This document shows positions 63,365-64,000 of a stretch of 64,000 bases of DNA, piece after piece; the first letter of the stretch is position 1; each line of letters opens with the position of its first letter. The notes beneath the pieces are model-generated. The model had not been told where the DNA came from. It saw only the letters and a program-made list of their open reading frames with translations, and searched no databases. Origin of the DNA: Scyliorhinus canicula (Eukaryota); contig NC_052171.1 in assembly GCF_902713615.1 (NCBI RefSeq), forward strand, positions 7,963,209 through 8,027,208. The letters run 5' to 3'. The position numbers and the translations under genes are program-made.

Positions 63365-64000
63365 TGGAATTTTCTTTCTTTATTTTTTCCAATTAAGGGG
63401 TAATTTAGCGTAGCCAATCCACCTACCCTGCACATCTTTGGGTTGTGGGGGGCGAAACCCACGCAGACACGGGGAGAATGTGCAAACTCCACACGGATGG
63501 TGACCCGGGGCTGGGATCGAACCGTACCGTTACTCCTAAAGTTCACCCTCTGGTGGCCCATCCCCATGTTGGCCGCCTCCAAGTGTGGCGCTTGGCAGCA
63601 GGTTCCAGCAGGATATTGGATTGGATTTGTTTATTGTCACGTGTACCGAGGTACAGTGAAAAGTATTTTTCTGCAAGCAGCTCAACAGATCATTCAGTAC
63701 ATGGGAAGAAAAGGGAATTGAACAGAATTCAAGAAAATACATGAGAATACATAATAGGGCAACACAAGATATACAATGTAACTACATAAGCATTGGCATC
63801 GGATGAAGCAGACAGGGTGTAGTGTTAATGAGGACAGTCCATAAAAGGGTCATTTAGGAGTCTGGTGACAGTGGGGAAGAAGCTGTTTTTGAGTCTGTTC
63901 GTCCGTGTTCTCAGACTTCTGAATCTCCTGCCCGATGGAAATAGTTGGAAAAGTGAGTAAGCCGGGTGGGAGGAATCCTTGATTATGCTGCCTGCTTTCC
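63365..64000 (-). mobile_element. Reverse SINE (63365-63522) and reverse LINE 3' end (63615-64000)
   Basis: Reverse complements of elements seen at 44068 and 49670. Confidence 0.8.

Noticed and set aside
60487-63582. Gly-rich minus-strand ORFs and the 127-aa MAAPLLLPP ORF
   Set aside because: Mostly repeat translations; the ATG at 60775 lies after a consensus donor and has no recognisable homology.

Overview
Eukaryotic, intron-rich vertebrate DNA, very probably from a cartilaginous fish; this is inferred from abundant HE1/V-type tRNA SINEs, DeuSINE remnants and CR1 LINEs. By hand-splicing (GT-AG, phases consistent throughout) I reconstruct three genes. (1) The last 13 coding exons of an FHIP2/FAM160B-family gene, probably FHIP2B (+, 160-21813). 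(2) A complete BRF2, the TFIIIB subunit for type-3 Pol III promoters (-, 40759/40056-30830). (3) A complete DUSP11/PIR1 RNA 5'-triphosphatase (+, 40790/40892-53711). The most striking feature is the extremely tight head-to-head arrangement of BRF2 and DUSP11: the upstream candidate start codons are 30 bp apart, next to a cluster of 9 YY1-like motifs. This pairs a factor that initiates 5'-ppp Pol III RNAs with an enzyme that removes their triphosphate. This DUSP11 also has a C-terminal tail of ~38-39 x 9-aa WSGQPAASQ repeats and a possible presequence-like N-terminal extension. Five minisatellite arrays all sit at the same position inside DeuSINE remnants. A CCAAT/GC-box array and a probable first exon of a fourth, unidentified gene lie near 60.3-60.8 kb. 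Most long ORFs in the supplied track are satellite artefacts. No database searches were possible, so family calls rest on remembered motifs.
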